In this document: in pieces, positions 1 to 13,679 of the stretch
Numbering within the stretch: the stretch's first letter is position 1
Layout: the number at the start of each line of letters is the position of its first letter
Source of the DNA: Lama guanicoe
Taxonomy: Eukaryota
Reading direction: 5' to 3'
Assembly: GCA_013239625.1 (NCBI GenBank)
Contig: MU053994.1
Coordinates: 3,477,589 to 3,541,588, forward strand
DNA length: 64,000 nucleotides
Notes under the pieces: generated by a model
What the model was told of the DNA's origin: nothing
Databases searched by the model: none
The model's input: the letters and a program-made list of their open reading frames with translations, nothing else
Position numbers and translations under genes: made by a program

Positions 1-285
1 CATTTATAGAAGACTCTAGAACATGTAAACTAACTTATAGTGACAAAAAGCAAATCAGTGGATGCCTGGAAAATGGCTGGGTTTGGAGGGGATGCAGGGA
101 AAGGTATGAAGATGGGGTTACAAATGACCATGAGGAAACTTTTGGTCCTAACACACCTATTCATTATCTTAATTGCAGTGATGGTTTAGCAGGTTTACAC
201 ATATGCCAAAGCTTACGAAACTGTACACTTCAAATACGTGCAGTTTATTAGATAACAATTATATCAAAATAAAACTGTCAAAGAA
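1..285 (+). mobile_element. 3' end of an old L1 (L1MC/MD/ME-type)
   Basis: Contains typical old L1 3' UTR motifs (gaggaaactttt...ttcattatctt...tgtacacttcaaatacgtgcagtttatt...aataaa). Confidence 0.75.
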
Positions 286-289
286 AGAC

Positions 290-3015
290 AATTGACTCTC
301 TAGGTAAAAACAGTAACAATACATGTAGGGTTGATAACACATATAGAAGCAAAAGATAAAAAAATAATAGTGCAAGGGATGAGAGGAGGCCACATGGAGA
401 TACGGTGTTGTCAGGAACTTATATTACATGTGCAGTGGTAAAATGTTACTTGAATTCAAACTGCAATAAATTAAAGATGTACATTTTAAACCTGAGAACA
501 ATCACATTTAAAAAAAAAAAGAACTATAGCTAAGAAGCAAGTAGTGAAAATAAACTAGCACATTAAAAAATAGTCAACAAATTTTAAGGTGGCAGGAAAC
601 AAGGGGGGAAAAGAACAAAAAAACAGATGGGAGGAATAGAAGATAGATAAAATCATGACAGAATCAAACCCAGACACACAAATAATTACATTATATGTTA
701 AGTGGCCTAAATACTTCAAGTAGAAAACAGAAACTATCTTTTAATTGAAAAATAGTCTCAATAAATTTAGAAAAACTGAAGTAACATACAGTATAATTTC
801 TGACCACAATGGAATTGAAATAGACAGTAATAATAAAAAGATATTTGGAAGAGCCACAATTATTTGGAAGTACAAAATCACTGCAAAATAACCCACAGGA
901 CAAAGGAGGTATTACAAGGGAAGTTAGAAAGTATTTTCGTTTTAATATAAAACAAGTTGTGAAATGCAGTTAGAAAAATTTTTAAACAGAACTTTATATC
1001 TTTAAATGCTTACATGACAACAGATTAAAAAACCTGAAATCAATTATTTAAGTTTACATTTTAAGACAAGAGAAAAGTAGCAAATTAAATCCAAAGTAAA
1101 TAGGGAAAGAAAACAGTTAGTGACCTGGAAAATGAACAAAAAACTAAAGTCAACGATACCAAAAGTTAGTTCTTTGTAAAGATCAATAAAAATAATAAGC
1201 CCCTAGCTAAACAGACCAAGGAAAAAGAAAGAAAATACAAATGATCAATACTGGGAAGGAAAGAGGAGACATCACTACAGATGTGTCAGACAGAAAACTT
1301 TTAAGAGATACTATAATCAAGATACATCGATAAATTCAATAAATGAAATGAAACTAACAAAGTCCTGAAAATACTCAAATTACCAAAACGGACACTACAA
1401 AAACCTGAATAGCCGTGTATCTATTACAGAAATTGAATACATAATTTAAAATCTACCAAAAAAAAAAAACCCAAACAAACAAAAAACAAAAAAACCCCAA
1501 GCCCAGATGGCCTCATTGGTGAATTCTACCACACAATAAGAAAAAGTAAAACCAATTCAACACAAACTTTTTAAGAAAATAGAAGAGAAAGGAACTCAGT
1601 GTATGAGATCAGTATAACTTGATTCTACTGATAACAAAGCCAGTAAAAACTTTAAAGAGGAAACTAGAAAGCAATACCCTTCATAATCATTGATGCAAAA
1701 ATCCTTTTAAAATGTTAGTATATTGACTCCATCAATATATAAAAAGTCTAATATACCATGACCAAGTGGGGTTTATTGTAGGAATAAAAGATTGTTTTAA
1801 CATTCAAAAATCAATGTAACTAACAGAATAAAGAACCATATAAAAATCTCAATACACGAAAAAAGCATTTTAAGAAATCCAACACTTGTCCATGTAAAAA
1901 TTTCAATAAATTATGAAAAGAAAAATTTCTGAACCTAATAAAGGGCATTTATGAAAAGTCTACGGCTAATACCACACTTAATGATGAGAGACTGAATGGT
2001 TTTTCCCAAGATCAATTAACTGAATGTTCTAGCCAAGGAATTAAGGTAAGAAAAAGAAACAAAAAGCATACAGAATAAAAAGAAAATTTAACAGTGTCTT
2101 TATTTGCAGGTGACACAATATGCAAATAGAAAATCTTAAGGAATCTTTCAAAAGCTACTAGAACTAATAAGTGAATTTGGCAAGACATTGACTGTAAGAT
2201 CAATATACAAGAATCAATTGTATTTCTGTAAACTACCAACAATTCTAAATAAAAACTTTAAAATAATACCACTTACCAGAGCAAAAATAATCAGATCCAA
2301 AAAACGATTTTAATGAAATGTGCATAAGATGTTTATTCTTAAAACTACAAAATATTTGCTGAGAGAAAGTAAAGAAGACCTATATATGGTAAAATATACT
2401 ATGTTCATGATTGGAAGACTCAATACTTTTAAGATTTCCATTCTCCTCAAGTTAATATGCAGATTCAAAATAACACCGATTCAAATTCTACGCTTTTTTT
2501 TTTGCAGAAATTGACAAACTTATTTATTTTTTGTGGAAGTGTAAAGGACCTAGAATAGCTTCAACAATTTTGAAAGTAATTGCGAGATTTAAGCTACTAG
2601 ATTTTAATACTTAATGAAGAGTAATCTAGATAGTGTGCATCTGATATAAAGATATACATTTAGATTAGAAAAGTAAGTGCAGAAATAGCCAACACATTAT
2701 TTTTGATAAAGATGCCATTAGAGAAAGGGTAGTGTTTTAAACAAATGGTGCTGGCATAACTGGCCATAAATGAATCTCAGCCCTTAGCTCATACCATACA
2801 CAACTCATGTCAAAATGGATCATAAACCTAGAGTAATAGCTTAAACTACAATTCTAGAAGAAAATATGGAGAAAAATCTTCACAAATTTGATGCAGCTGA
2901 AATTTTAAGACACAAACTATGAACTACTAATAAAAAAGATAAACTGGACATCATCAAAATTAAAAAGTTCTGCTCTTCAAAAGATTCCATTAAGCATATA
3001 AAATGGAAAGCCACA
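290..3015 (+). mobile_element. Degraded old L1: inter-ORF region and ORF2 (EN/RT remnants)
   Basis: L1 ORF2 motifs include cccagatggcctcattggtgaattctacc, catgaccaagtggggtttatt, tttgcaggtgaca and tgttcatgattggaagactcaata. There are many stops and frameshifts. Confidence 0.9.
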
Positions 3016-4006
3016 CATGATATATTTAAAGTGACAAAAGGGAAAAATTTACAACCAAGAATACTCTATCCAGCAAGACTCTCATTCAGATTTGATAGAG
3101 AAATCAAAAGCTTCACAGATAAACAAAAGCTAAAAGAATTCAGCACCACCAAACCAGCTTTACAACAAGTGTTAAAGGAACTTCTCTAGTCATCAAACCG
3201 TAAGAAAAGAGACCAAAAAGAAGAAAGAGGAAAAAAAAAAAAGACCTACAAAAGATTGCTTTAGCAGTTTGGAGTCTTTTACGGTTCCATACAAATTTTG
3301 GAATTGTTTGTCTAGTTCTGTGACGAATGTTATGAGTATTTTGACATGGGTTGCACTGGATCTGTAGATTACTTTGGGTAGTACGGCCATTTTGATGCTG
3401 AATTCTTCCAATCCAAGAGCACAAGATATCTTTTCATTTCTTTGTATCACCTTCAATTTCCTTCGTCAACACTTTAGTTTTCAGAGTATAGGTAACCTCC
3501 TCGGTTAAGTTTATTTCTAGATATTTTGTTGTTTTTGATGCAATGGAAATGTTTATGCTTGTTATAAAATTCTGGGTTTTAAAGTGAAAAAAAAGTGAAT
3601 GAAGGGTCACAAATGGAAAAATATCCTTCTTTCTTATAGGTGAGTTGTATTCCAATACCTATATATGCTGCATCTTCTTCATCCATTCATTTATTGATGT
3701 GCACTTAGGATGCCTCCATATCTTGGCAATTATAAATAATGTTGCTGTTAATAGTGGGGTGTATGTATCTTTTTGAATCAATTATTATTTTGTGGTTGGC
3801 TTTATTCCTTTGGTAATTATGTAACTTTAAAAAGCAAAAGCTCTGAACGTTCTTAGAAACAATGAACAGTACATACATATAAATTAAAAATATGTGCAGT
3901 ATATTGTGTATATGTATTTACATGCAATATATTGTATACATGCAGTCAAATTGTAACAGTTCTACCTAATAAAACTGAAAAATGAAAAAAATTTAAAAAT
4001 TAAAAA
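3016..4006 (+). mobile_element. Chimeric retroposed insertion (L1 ORF1 piece, inverted L1 pieces and AT-rich tail) with 18-bp TSD
   Basis: Flanked by ataaaatggaaagccaca (2998-3015) and ataaaacggaaagccaca (4007-4024). AATAAA near 3968 is followed by an A-rich tail. Confidence 0.75.
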
Positions 4007-4930
4007 ATAAAACGGAAAGCCACAAATTGCAAGAAAACATTTGACATATATATATCTGACAAAGGAAGCATATCCAGAATATATAAAAACTTCTACAACC
4101 AATACAAAAAAGACACACACTTCAATTTAAAAAAATAAACATACACATACACGCATACACACACAAGATCTAAAAAGGTACTTCAACAAAGAAGATATAT
4201 GATAGCCAATAAGCACATTTTGTCATCAAATAAATGCAAATTAAAAGAAATACCATGACATACTTACTAGAATGGCACAAATTGAAAAGGATGACAAATA
4301 CAAATATTGGTAAGGATGTACAGCGACTGGAACTCTCATGTATTATTGGTAGTAATGTAAAATGGAATAATCAGTGTGAAAAATAGTTTGGCAGTTCAAA
4401 ATAACTCAGCAATTCCACTCCTAGATATTTATGCAATAAAAATGAAAATATATGTCCACTCAAAGATTTGTACACAAACATTCAAAGCCCCAAACTGGAA
4501 ATAATCTATATTTCTATCAATAGGAAAATGGATTTAAAAACAGTGGTATATCCATGCAATGGACTATTACTCAGCAATAAAAAAGAACTACTGATATAAC
4601 ACACATGGAGATGAATCTCTAAACCATTATGCTAAATTCAAAAAGCTATACAAAATATATAATTTCATTTGCATGAAATTCCAGAGCACAAAACTAAACT
4701 AATGACTATAACATAAAGTAGATCAGTTTGGGGCAGGGAGAGGACAGAATGGCCACAAAGGAACATAATGGAATTTTTTGGGATAATGAAAATGTTCTTT
4801 AATTATAGTGCTGGTTACACAGAAGTGTATATTGGATAAAACTAACTGAACTGTAAACTTAAAATAATTGAATTATATTGTATGTTAAATTACACCTCAG
4901 TGAAATTAATTTTTAAATGTACATATCTAA
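4007..4930 (+). mobile_element. Continuation of the old L1: ORF2 C-terminus and 3' UTR
   Basis: Motifs include tctgacaaagg, cagcaattccactcctagatattta and atggactattactcagcaataaaaa. The sequence resumes collinearly after the insertion. Confidence 0.88.
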
Positions 4931-4944
4931 TTTTGAAAAAAAAA

Positions 4945-5420
4945 TGACAGATTGCATTTTCTTCAAATAGCCAACAGCAATATTTCTGATACTATATGCT
5001 CTTCTAGAACCATGACACTTCCCATCAAGACACAGTGTATTTCCTGTTCTCCTGAGTCTAGGTCATTAAAGACGATATGACTTCAACCCAGTTCTCTGTC
5101 TCTTTCAACATTCACCCTTCAAACTCAGCTGCCATGCTGTAAGAAAGTCTCTCAACATAGAGAAGCCATGTGAAATGTGGCCAAGAGTCCCAACTAAGGT
5201 TTCTTAGTCAACAGCCAGCATCAACTGTCAGACATGTGAGGGTGTGAGCCTGAAGATTTCCAGTCTCTAGTCCTCAAATCTTCCAAGATCATACCCCAGA
5301 AACCATGGAACATATAAACTCTATTCCTGCAGTGCCCTCTCCAAGTTGATAATCCCCAGAATTTGCGAACATAATAAATGTTGTCTTATGTAACTGGGGT
5401 AACTTGCTATGTAGTCCTAG
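4945..5420 (+). mobile_element. MaLR solo LTR (MLT1G/H-like)
   Basis: Motifs include cagctgccatgctgtaagaaagt, cagccagcatcaactgtcagacatgtgag and aataaatgttgtc. Confidence 0.7.
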
Positions 5421-5469
5421 TACCTACCATGAGGTAAAGCAAAATGTTCTGATCAAAACTGCGTATTAC

Positions 5470-6080
5470 GTGCACCCCAACGTTCATAGCAGCACTATTT
5501 ACAACAACCATGACGTGGAAGCAACCTATATGTCCATCAACAGATGAATGGATAAAGAAGATGTGGGGGGTGTGTGTGTATACACTCACACACACTCACA
5601 TACTGGAATACTACTCGGTCATAAAAAAGAAATAAAGCCATTTGCAGCAATATGGATGGGCCTAGAGATGATCTTATTAAGTAAGTCAGGGAAAAACAAG
5701 TATCATATGATATCACTTACATGCAGAACCTTAAAAAATGATATAAATGAACTTATTTACAAACTAGAAATAGACTCACAGACATAGAAAACAAACTATG
5801 GTTACCAAAGGGGAAAAGGAGTTGGGGGAGGGATAAATTAGGAGTTTGGGATTAACATATACACACTATTATACGTAAAATAGATAAACAACAAGGACCT
5901 GATGTGTAGCACAGGGAACTATATATATATATTCTCTCTATATATATATTCTTGTAATAATCTATAATGGAAAAGATTCTGAAAAAAGAACATATATATA
6001 TATACATATCTACTTGAATCACTTTGCTGTACACCTGTAACTAACACAACATTGTAAATTGACTATACTCCAATTAAAAA
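5470..6080 (+). mobile_element. 5'-truncated L1 3' end (artiodactyl-type)
   Basis: Runs gcaccccaacgttcatagcagcactatttac...gaaatagactcacagacatagaaaacaaac...aacacaacattgtaaattgactatactccaattaaaa. Confidence 0.9.
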
Positions 6081-6419
6081 CTATTAGCTCTAAATGCAAA
6101 TGTATTCTTGATTTTGTTGCTTTGTGCTAGAGTGGCATCACTGATGATGTGCCATATTGTACTTTCCATTTCTTGACATATTACTCTTTTTGTAAACATT
6201 TGTTGAGCATTTACTATGTATAAAAATTCAAGCTTGCCTAAAAATCAAGTCACTTTCACAAGGTCAAATTTGAACCCTAGTCTTCCTTGTTCTTACTCAC
6301 GGCACTACAGTTCCTGTTGCAGTGGTCACCACCGCTACTGCTGCTGGTAACTAGACTAACCAACTAGAATATTTCTGTTGTACCTTTGATATCTTTCTTC
6401 CTCATCCAGCTCTATGGTC

Positions 6420-8240
6420 ATTTTTTTTTACCATCACTTTTAGCTCTCTAGGTGCCTTTACCCATCACGTTTGCTGTGTGTAATACTTCCCACTCTGATG
6501 CAATCCACCCATACAGTTCTCATCTCCTAAATTGTAGGCTAATTAGCATTGCTGAGGGACTATCAGCATGTTGATAAATACTGCTACAAACTTCTTGCAT
6601 CCAGCCCCAGCTGGACGCCTGAGGCAGCCAAGCAATTTCTCCTGATATCTCCCTTCTATCCCCTGAAGTGCAGTTACAAACTCTCTTATCTCTCTATTCT
6701 CTATCACCACTGCTACTCTCAGTGGGTGGCTCTGCTTCCTATTTCACTTAGAAAATCAGGCCACCAGCTGAGGGACTTAATGTCCTCCGCTTCCGCCTTC
6801 GGCCTAAAGACCCAGCTCTATTTGTACCCTGCTTTCCTTTTGTCTCAGTGGAAGAGGGACCCACCTCTCATCTATGCTTTAGATCCATCCTCGACCTGCT
6901 GCCTATCAAAGACCTTATTCCAACAGTATGTCTCTTTCCTTTCTATGAGCTCATTGGCCTCCAGGATAAAAAAGATGCTTAAATTCCTCCCTTCTTAAAC
7001 TCCACTCCTATTCCACATGCCCCTCCATCTACCACTCTCTTCTTCCCAGTCTATCCTCTTGAAAATTATTCCATAGTACTTCCCCCACTTCCTCACTACT
7101 CATTCCTTCCTCAGCCTACTACAATCTGGCTTCTATCCCCATCACAACATTGAAACTGCTCTGGTCAAGGTTTCCACCGATTTCCATGTTGCCAAATTCC
7201 ATGGATATTGCAGTTATTCTCTCATTTGGCCTCTTTATAGCATTTGAAACCACAGAAAATCTCTCTCAGCTTCTGTGACAACATTCTCTGTGATGGATAA
7301 TTCTACTTCTCTCTCCCCCTCCTGGTTCCTCTTTCTTGACCCATCCTTTCTTTAAAGGTAAGTGTTCCTCAGGATTCTGATCTTGACTGTGTTTTATTTT
7401 CACTGGGATCCTTTGATGTTTTGTCTTTAAGCAATCATATGTATTTCCATGATTTCATCTCTTACCTACATTATGATGCTCAAATCTTTTCTCTTTTGCT
7501 CTGACATCGGTCCTAAGTTTTAGAGTAAAATATCTAACTGCCTACTGATCGTCAACATTTACATTTCAAAGGTTCCTTGGACTCAACATGTTCAAAACTC
7601 ATTTACTCTCCCTGACCCACCTACCATTTGACAAGGTCTCTGTTTGAATAAAGTAAATAGCACTGCTATCCAGCTGGTCACATGAACCAAAAATGTGGGC
7701 ATTTCCTAGAATTTTATTTGAACTTAAGCCCAATACCACCAAGTTTTACTGACTGAATCTCCTTAATAATTCTTCTTTTAGCCCCTCTTCTCCATCCAAG
7801 ACTACTGTCAAAGCTTTAATTTAGGCACCTCTCTCTTGTGTGGACCACTGCAACTTCCTAGCTGGTTCTCCCTCCTTACCTGGTCTCCTCCACAATACTA
7901 CCTCACTGGTCTTCTTAAAATACAAACCTGACTGTGCGACTCTCCCACTTAGAACACACCAATGACTCCCCAGTGCCTAGAGAATACAATTCAAACTTCT
8001 TATCATTGCTCACAAGGCATTCATAACCTAACTGGTGTATCTCTCACCCACCCTCACTTCAACTTCAAGAAAACCAAACTACTTGCACTTTCCTGAACAT
8101 GCCTTGCTAATAATTCACGGCTCCACATCTCCACACATACTTACTTTCAATGCCCTACACCCAACAAGTCCATTTGCGAATTCCTCATCTTGTCACAACA
8201 GAACTTGTCAGTTTCCCCTCTGTACTACAACAGGGAATGC
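6420..8240 (+). mobile_element. LINE-2 (L2) fragment
   Basis: Classic L2 ORF2 segment caatctggcttctatccccatcacaacattgaaactgctctggtcaagg...ccatgttgccaaattcc in a pyrimidine-rich body. Confidence 0.85.
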
Positions 8241-8329
8241 TTACATTTTGGTATCTATTTCACTGTGTGTTAGTTTACTATTGTGCTTACACTTTGGTGT
8301 CTATTTCACTGTGTATTAGTTTACTATTG
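8238..8329 (+). repeat. 46-bp tandem duplication (2 copies, 3 mismatches)
   Basis: tgcttacattttggtatctatttcactgtgtgttagtttactattg followed by tgcttacactttggtgtctatttcactgtgtattagtttactattg. Confidence 0.92.
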
Positions 8330-8795
8330 TAGCTGTAAGAAATTACTTCAAACTTCGTGGCTTAAAAGAACACAAAGTTGTTCTCTTACAGTTTTGGAAG
8401 TCAGAAGTCTGCAGTGAGTCTTACAGGGCCAAAATCAAGGTGTTAGCAGGGCTGGTTCCTTCTCATGACTCCAGGGGAGAATCAGGTCCTTGCCTCTTCA
8501 AGCTTCTAGAGGCTGCTGATGTTCCTTGGCTCATGGCCACATCACCCCAATCTCTGCTTCTTTTCTCACACTGCCTTTTCCTATAGGCAAATCTCCCTCT
8601 GCCACCCTCTTGTAAATACCCTTGAGATTACACTGAACGCACCCGTATAATCCAAGATAATCTTCCCATCCCAAGATCCTTAATTTAATAACATCTGTAA
8701 GATCCCTTTCTGAACGTCAAGTAACACATTCACAAGTTCTGGATCAGGATATGGACATCTTTAGGCTGTGGGGAGCATTATTCAACCTTCCAGAC
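8312..8795 (-). mobile_element. MaLR solo LTR (MLT1C/D-like)
   Basis: Runs tgtattagttt...gtggcttaaaa...tcttacagttttggaagtcagaagtc...ataatccaagataatcttcccatc...ccttaatttaat. Confidence 0.85.
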
Positions 8796-8799
8796 CATT

Positions 8800-8930
8800 G
8801 CAACAATAATCATTTTTATATGCGTATCTCCCTGACTACACTGTGACTTTCTTTAGGGTAGGCTTGCTTTTGATTTCTCAGTATCTGACATATAGTAAGA
8901 GATTAATAAAGGTCTGTTAAATAAATTTAA
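8800..8930 (+). mobile_element. L2 3' end (resumes after the LTR)
   Basis: gactacactgtgactttctttagggtagg...tctgacatatagtaagagattaataaa. Confidence 0.6.
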
Positions 8931-9838
8931 CGAAGCATTCATGTTGGGAAGTAAGGGTTGAAATAAGATGGGCCTGGTAATACGGGTCTAGAAATCAAAC
9001 ACCAGAAAATCAAACATCAGCATTTTAAATCAATCCTAAGGCAAAAGGGCAAGAGGAAGAACCATTATTAATTATATAACCCTAAGATTGGGGGAAATGA
9101 TGAAAGTAGTAACTAAAGAAGATAAAAATGGCACTAGAGAGCAGAATAAATTAGATGGGGTGGAGACTGGAGAGTACCTAATAAGAAGATTCTTGTAGTA
9201 GATGTGCAATGAGAAGATTAAGGCCCGATTAAGGCACTGGTAAGTAGAAATGGAAAAGAGAGAAAAGTATAATATTTATGCTATTAAAAATAAGATCAAG
9301 TAGTCCTAATGAGACAATTAGTGGCACTACTCCACAACGTGTCTGTTAGCATTTATATGATGCACAGTACTGAAGACATCCATCTGATCACACCTCCTTC
9401 CTCTTCCTGTACTTTAAACCTCATTTTCAGAAAAACATTCTGGTTTTAACATACAGAATAATAATGCTTTCACCAAAACTCACTTGGAGATTCAATATTA
9501 TTCTACACAACCTTTTTAGGTAACACATGTGAAACTCTAATATCACAGGAACAAATACTCAACGTGGACTAATCCAATACTCTAAATCAAGTCATGGGCC
9601 TATTCTATTTAAATGGATGTGTTTTTCAGGTAGAACTTGATTTTTAAAATTTAATTTTGCTGAAGTGATGAAAGTCAATACTAAAAATTCTACTTTGAAA
9701 TAACCCATAATATTGAATTACTAATCATTTCAGGGGAATAAGGAATAGGAGAAAAAGCAAATCAAAATAAAGCACTGCCAACTATTACAAATAGGGTTGC
9801 TTGATACAATAGCTCATCACTGTCATTCACACCATCCC

Positions 9839-10586
9839 TGTGCCAGTTATCAATCCACTGTGTCTCAGCTCCAAATCCACCCTTCATTGCCTGCTCTGCA
9901 CTGTTGGAGCTGAACTCCTTTCCAGCTGGCACAAAATTAAATTTTGTCAGTAAAGGGCACTGGAGGGATGCTGAATGAGAAAGAGGTCTGTCCCCCTGGT
10001 TCCAGTGTATTTTTCTGGTCAGGCTCCTGCAGTGTGTACAGTTTATCTGCAGTGCCCAGTGGCCAGCGGCAGGCAGCAGCTTTCCATGAGCAGGCGGCTT
10101 TGCAGCAGAATGCTGCTGGTGGGGCACGCTCGCCGAGCCCAGCTTCCCCCTGGAATTCTCCAAGCAGCTCTGCAGCAGAGCTTCCCCCTGCACCCTCTCT
10201 GTCAGCTTCCTGAGAGTTCAAAGGTGAGGCATCTCCTCACTTAAGGATGGCTTCCCCTGGACTTCAGAGGGCAGATTTCCAAGTCCCATCAGCATGGTGT
10301 CTCAGTGAACTTCTTTGTATCAGCTGAGCCATGGCTATGCCCTCTCCTATAAGGTTTGGATTTCAGCCGAGCGGGGAGGGAGGCCAGCCATCTTGGAGTG
10401 TTCTATTTTAGCACTTGGGTTTGTGGCTGTTCCCTGTGTGCTTTTCCTGTAATTTTCAGAGTTCTCTAATTCTGATTAGCCAATTCCCCACTATTCCAAT
10501 CTCCTGGTAATAATTCTTTATATTAAATTTTGCCTGTTCAAATTACTATTTGGTTTCTGTCTCCTGACAGGACCCTGACTGATACA
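9839..10586 (+). mobile_element. ERVL-class solo LTR (LTR33/LTR41/LTR52 group)
   Basis: Has TG...CA termini. Starts tgtgccagttatcaat...tctcagctccaaatccacccttc and ends attaaa...tggtttctgtctcctgacaggaccctgactgataca. Confidence 0.8.
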
Positions 10587-11429
10587 CTACCCCCACCCAG
10601 GATAAACTATTCTGACTGGGCTCTAAGAGGACTTTAATGTGACCAGATTATCTAAAGTGCTAAAATATTCACCCTAGATATCCAAGAAATTCTTTGTCTG
10701 GAACAAATGACTGTCTGGAATTATGGAAACTAAACTGGTCACATACAGAATCAAAGGAAACAGAGACATTAGTTTTAGAATCAAACATTCAAAAACATAT
10801 TATAAAATCAACAATAGCAAGTATGTGTCATTTCATGAATTTTTTAGTTAATCAATCTATACCTGCCTATTCTGATAAAATCAAACTAGCTCTGCACTTA
10901 GCTCTAAAGATTTTCCTACATGAGAATTTTGTGACATGTTCCAGGACTCCTGAGCCTTCTGGTGCCACTACAACATTGGATGACAGATTATCTGTTTTTC
11001 CACATTGTTTTACAGACCTAAACTCTTACTAAAACTGAAAAGTGCTTTACAGTTCAAAAGGTAATCACTACCTGTTTCTTTATAATATTATTCCGAGAAG
11101 AGTGCCAAAACTGTATTATGAAAAAGCAGACTGCTTAAAACAATGTCCCCAACTTCTGATTACCAAAATTATTAAAATTCAGTTTTAATAAACAGTGCCA
11201 GACTAGATTTTAAATAGTCTCTAATTGTAGAACACAATATGTTCTTATTTTAGTGTCATATTCACAGTGACAAATTATTCACTGCTGTCATATGTATCTT
11301 GAATTGATACTTGAGGACATCCGATCCTATGGTAGAATTTTAATACTGCTTTAGAATGGAGTAGCACCAGCTACTACAACCTCACTTGAACATTAAAGCA
11401 ACAAAGTTTTCACTTTAAAAATTATCTGG

Positions 11430-11580
11430 TGTGGCAGATAAAAGATGGCTAGAAATTTCTCATCATCCCCCCCATTCAGAGGTGGGATCTACGTCTCCTC
11501 CCTTTCAATCTAGGTGGGCTCCATGAGTTCTCTGACCAGTAAAATATAATGGAAATGAAACTGTGCCAGCTTCCCTGTGA
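11430..11580 (+). mobile_element. MLT1 LTR 5' fragment
   Basis: tgtggcagataaaagatggc...caatctaggtgggct...tgaccagtaaaatataatggaaatga...tgtgccagcttcc. Confidence 0.65.
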
Positions 11581-12265
11581 GCCTGACATAGCATTTGCCG
11601 TAACATATTACCCAGGTCCGTGTCACCACACCACTCTGGCCCCTGGTTGAGATTAGTTTTAAAACATCAGATTTTGTGGATGGCTAGCCTAACAGTTGTC
11701 AAATTTCACTTAAAAGAAGACATAAGTATCACTTTACTGTAATTTTATCCCTTTAATTATTCTTGGCTTAATTTGAATAATTACTAGTCAATAGGATCTC
11801 CTGATAAATTTCCAATATTTTTAATGTACACTGGTAAAACTGTTATTAATTCCTCTTTGCTAAAATCCTAACAGTACATTAAGGCAAAAAAAGTTTTTAA
11901 AAGGTATTAATAATGCATTTGTTTTGATTATCTTAAGAGAAAACTCTAACAGAAAGTAGCCACCATGAAAAATTTAAATGGGAGAGGGAAACACACTTGA
12001 TGTCTCAGTTAATAATCTTGAGAGGACTCTTAAGAAAAAAAAAACCTAGAAATACCCTCAAACTAAATCAAAGTGATAAAAATATATACACACTAGAGAA
12101 AAGAGGGGTTCCAACTGATGAACTAGCCAGATGTAGTCAATACACAGTAAGCAGGCACGTAAAAGGGCCCATTCTCCCCAAAACCAGCAGTCCATAATAA
12201 ACACCCCAGACTAATGAGTGAAAACCCTATTTTATCAGCCAACCTAGGGGCAGAAAGTTTGTAAA

Positions 12266-12305
12266 AACAAAAACAAAAAACAAAAACCAAAAAAACAAAA
12301 AAACA
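12266..12305 (+). repeat. A-rich (CAAAAA)n low-complexity run
   Basis: aaacaaaaacaaaaaacaaaaaccaaaaaaacaaaaaaac. Confidence 0.85.
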
Positions 12306-12559
12306 CCTCCATGAGCATGTTTGACTTTATTTTGAAAAATTTGGAAATTTGTTTTATCTGACAGTATGAGAAGAAAAAATCCGTATCTTGTCAGGGCCTA
12401 GAAAAAACTACTTTACTGTAGTTTTATTTTAAAAAAAGAGGAAGATGAAATAAGTAAAGTAAACCAACAGAAATTATAGAGAAGACTGAGGTGGGTGAGA
12501 TGAAGATAACTCCAGAATGAATCTAGAATGAACCCCACTGGAGGACAGGAAAATTATGG

Positions 12560-12750
12560 CCCACCTACAATGTGCTAAGCAAGAGCTGAGGTGCTTCACA
12601 GTCTTCATCATTTTCAACCTTTAAACCAGCTCTCTGAGGACATTATTATCCTCACTTGACACCTAGGAAAGCTGAGGTTTATAGAACTTAAGGTCACATC
12701 ACACAGAACAGATTTGGAATGTCTGACTCCACCTCTTCCCATGATTTCCT
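12560..12750 (-). mobile_element. MIR SINE
   Basis: Core attattatcctcacttgacacctaggaaagctgagg...aaggtcaca...tctgactcc. Confidence 0.7.
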
Positions 12751-13679
12751 ACAATGGATCTGAAGAAAAGTTGTGAAACTTTTAACTAAACCCACTTACT
12801 ATTTAACAACTTCAAATTACCCTTGGATTTAATAAGAACTCAACAAGATAGCAGTGTTCTTAGTCTTATGCAAGACACTGCTGTTTTCAAACAACATGAG
12901 GGGAAGTGATGATATTAAAAAGACAAAGGTTAGTTTCCAAAGGTCAGTTAAAAAAATAACAGTGGACAAACAAATAAGGTTAGGACGTAAAAAAACATGG
13001 TAACATTTTCATTCATATACTAGAACTGCTAAAAAGGTACACATTATAGATAGACTGGCAAAGGTTTTCAGAAAACCTGTTGACTCTGCACTAAAAAATG
13101 AGTAATCTGGAAATCATTCCCACAAAGTAGTCTTAAAATTTTCTGTCCGTTATTTCGGAAGAGTAAACAAACTAGATAAACTCCACCCTGTTGCTGGGAA
13201 GGAAACATAAGCCAGCCAAAATAAAAGCACATACTACAGACAATGCAAGGCCAACTGAAACAGACTAGTGGAATTCTTTCCAAAGCATTTCAGCAATGGC
13301 ACTTATGTCGAAACTTTAGATTCATTTAGAACCAAATGCCTTTTGTCATTATTTCTTAAGTATCCAGTAAAGACAAAACAAGATTCATCTGTGTCCTGAC
13401 TTGCTCTCCAGAAGATGAGGACCTTCTGTCTGGATAACCAGATTTAAAAGTATTTATGTTTTATTCCTACCTATACCCACCTTGGTACTTAGCATTCTGC
13501 ATAAAATAGGTATCTAATGAGCCTTTCTCTCCCCTCAAGACTGAATGGATGCTTCTGTGAACTAACAAACCAAACTCCCACGAGGCAAAATACAAATATC
13601 TTAATAGTCTAGACAGATCTTTATCCCTGACCCCATAAGCTGACAAAATAACATGGCTCCACTCTCTTACCCTTAGAAC

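Noticed and set aside
6549..6998. 149-aa ORF
   Set aside because: It lies within degraded L2 sequence, starts at a non-ATG codon, and I recognise no homology.
9762..10244. Cluster of overlapping 89-143 aa ORFs
   Set aside because: It lies in a GC-rich ERVL LTR, and I recognise no protein.
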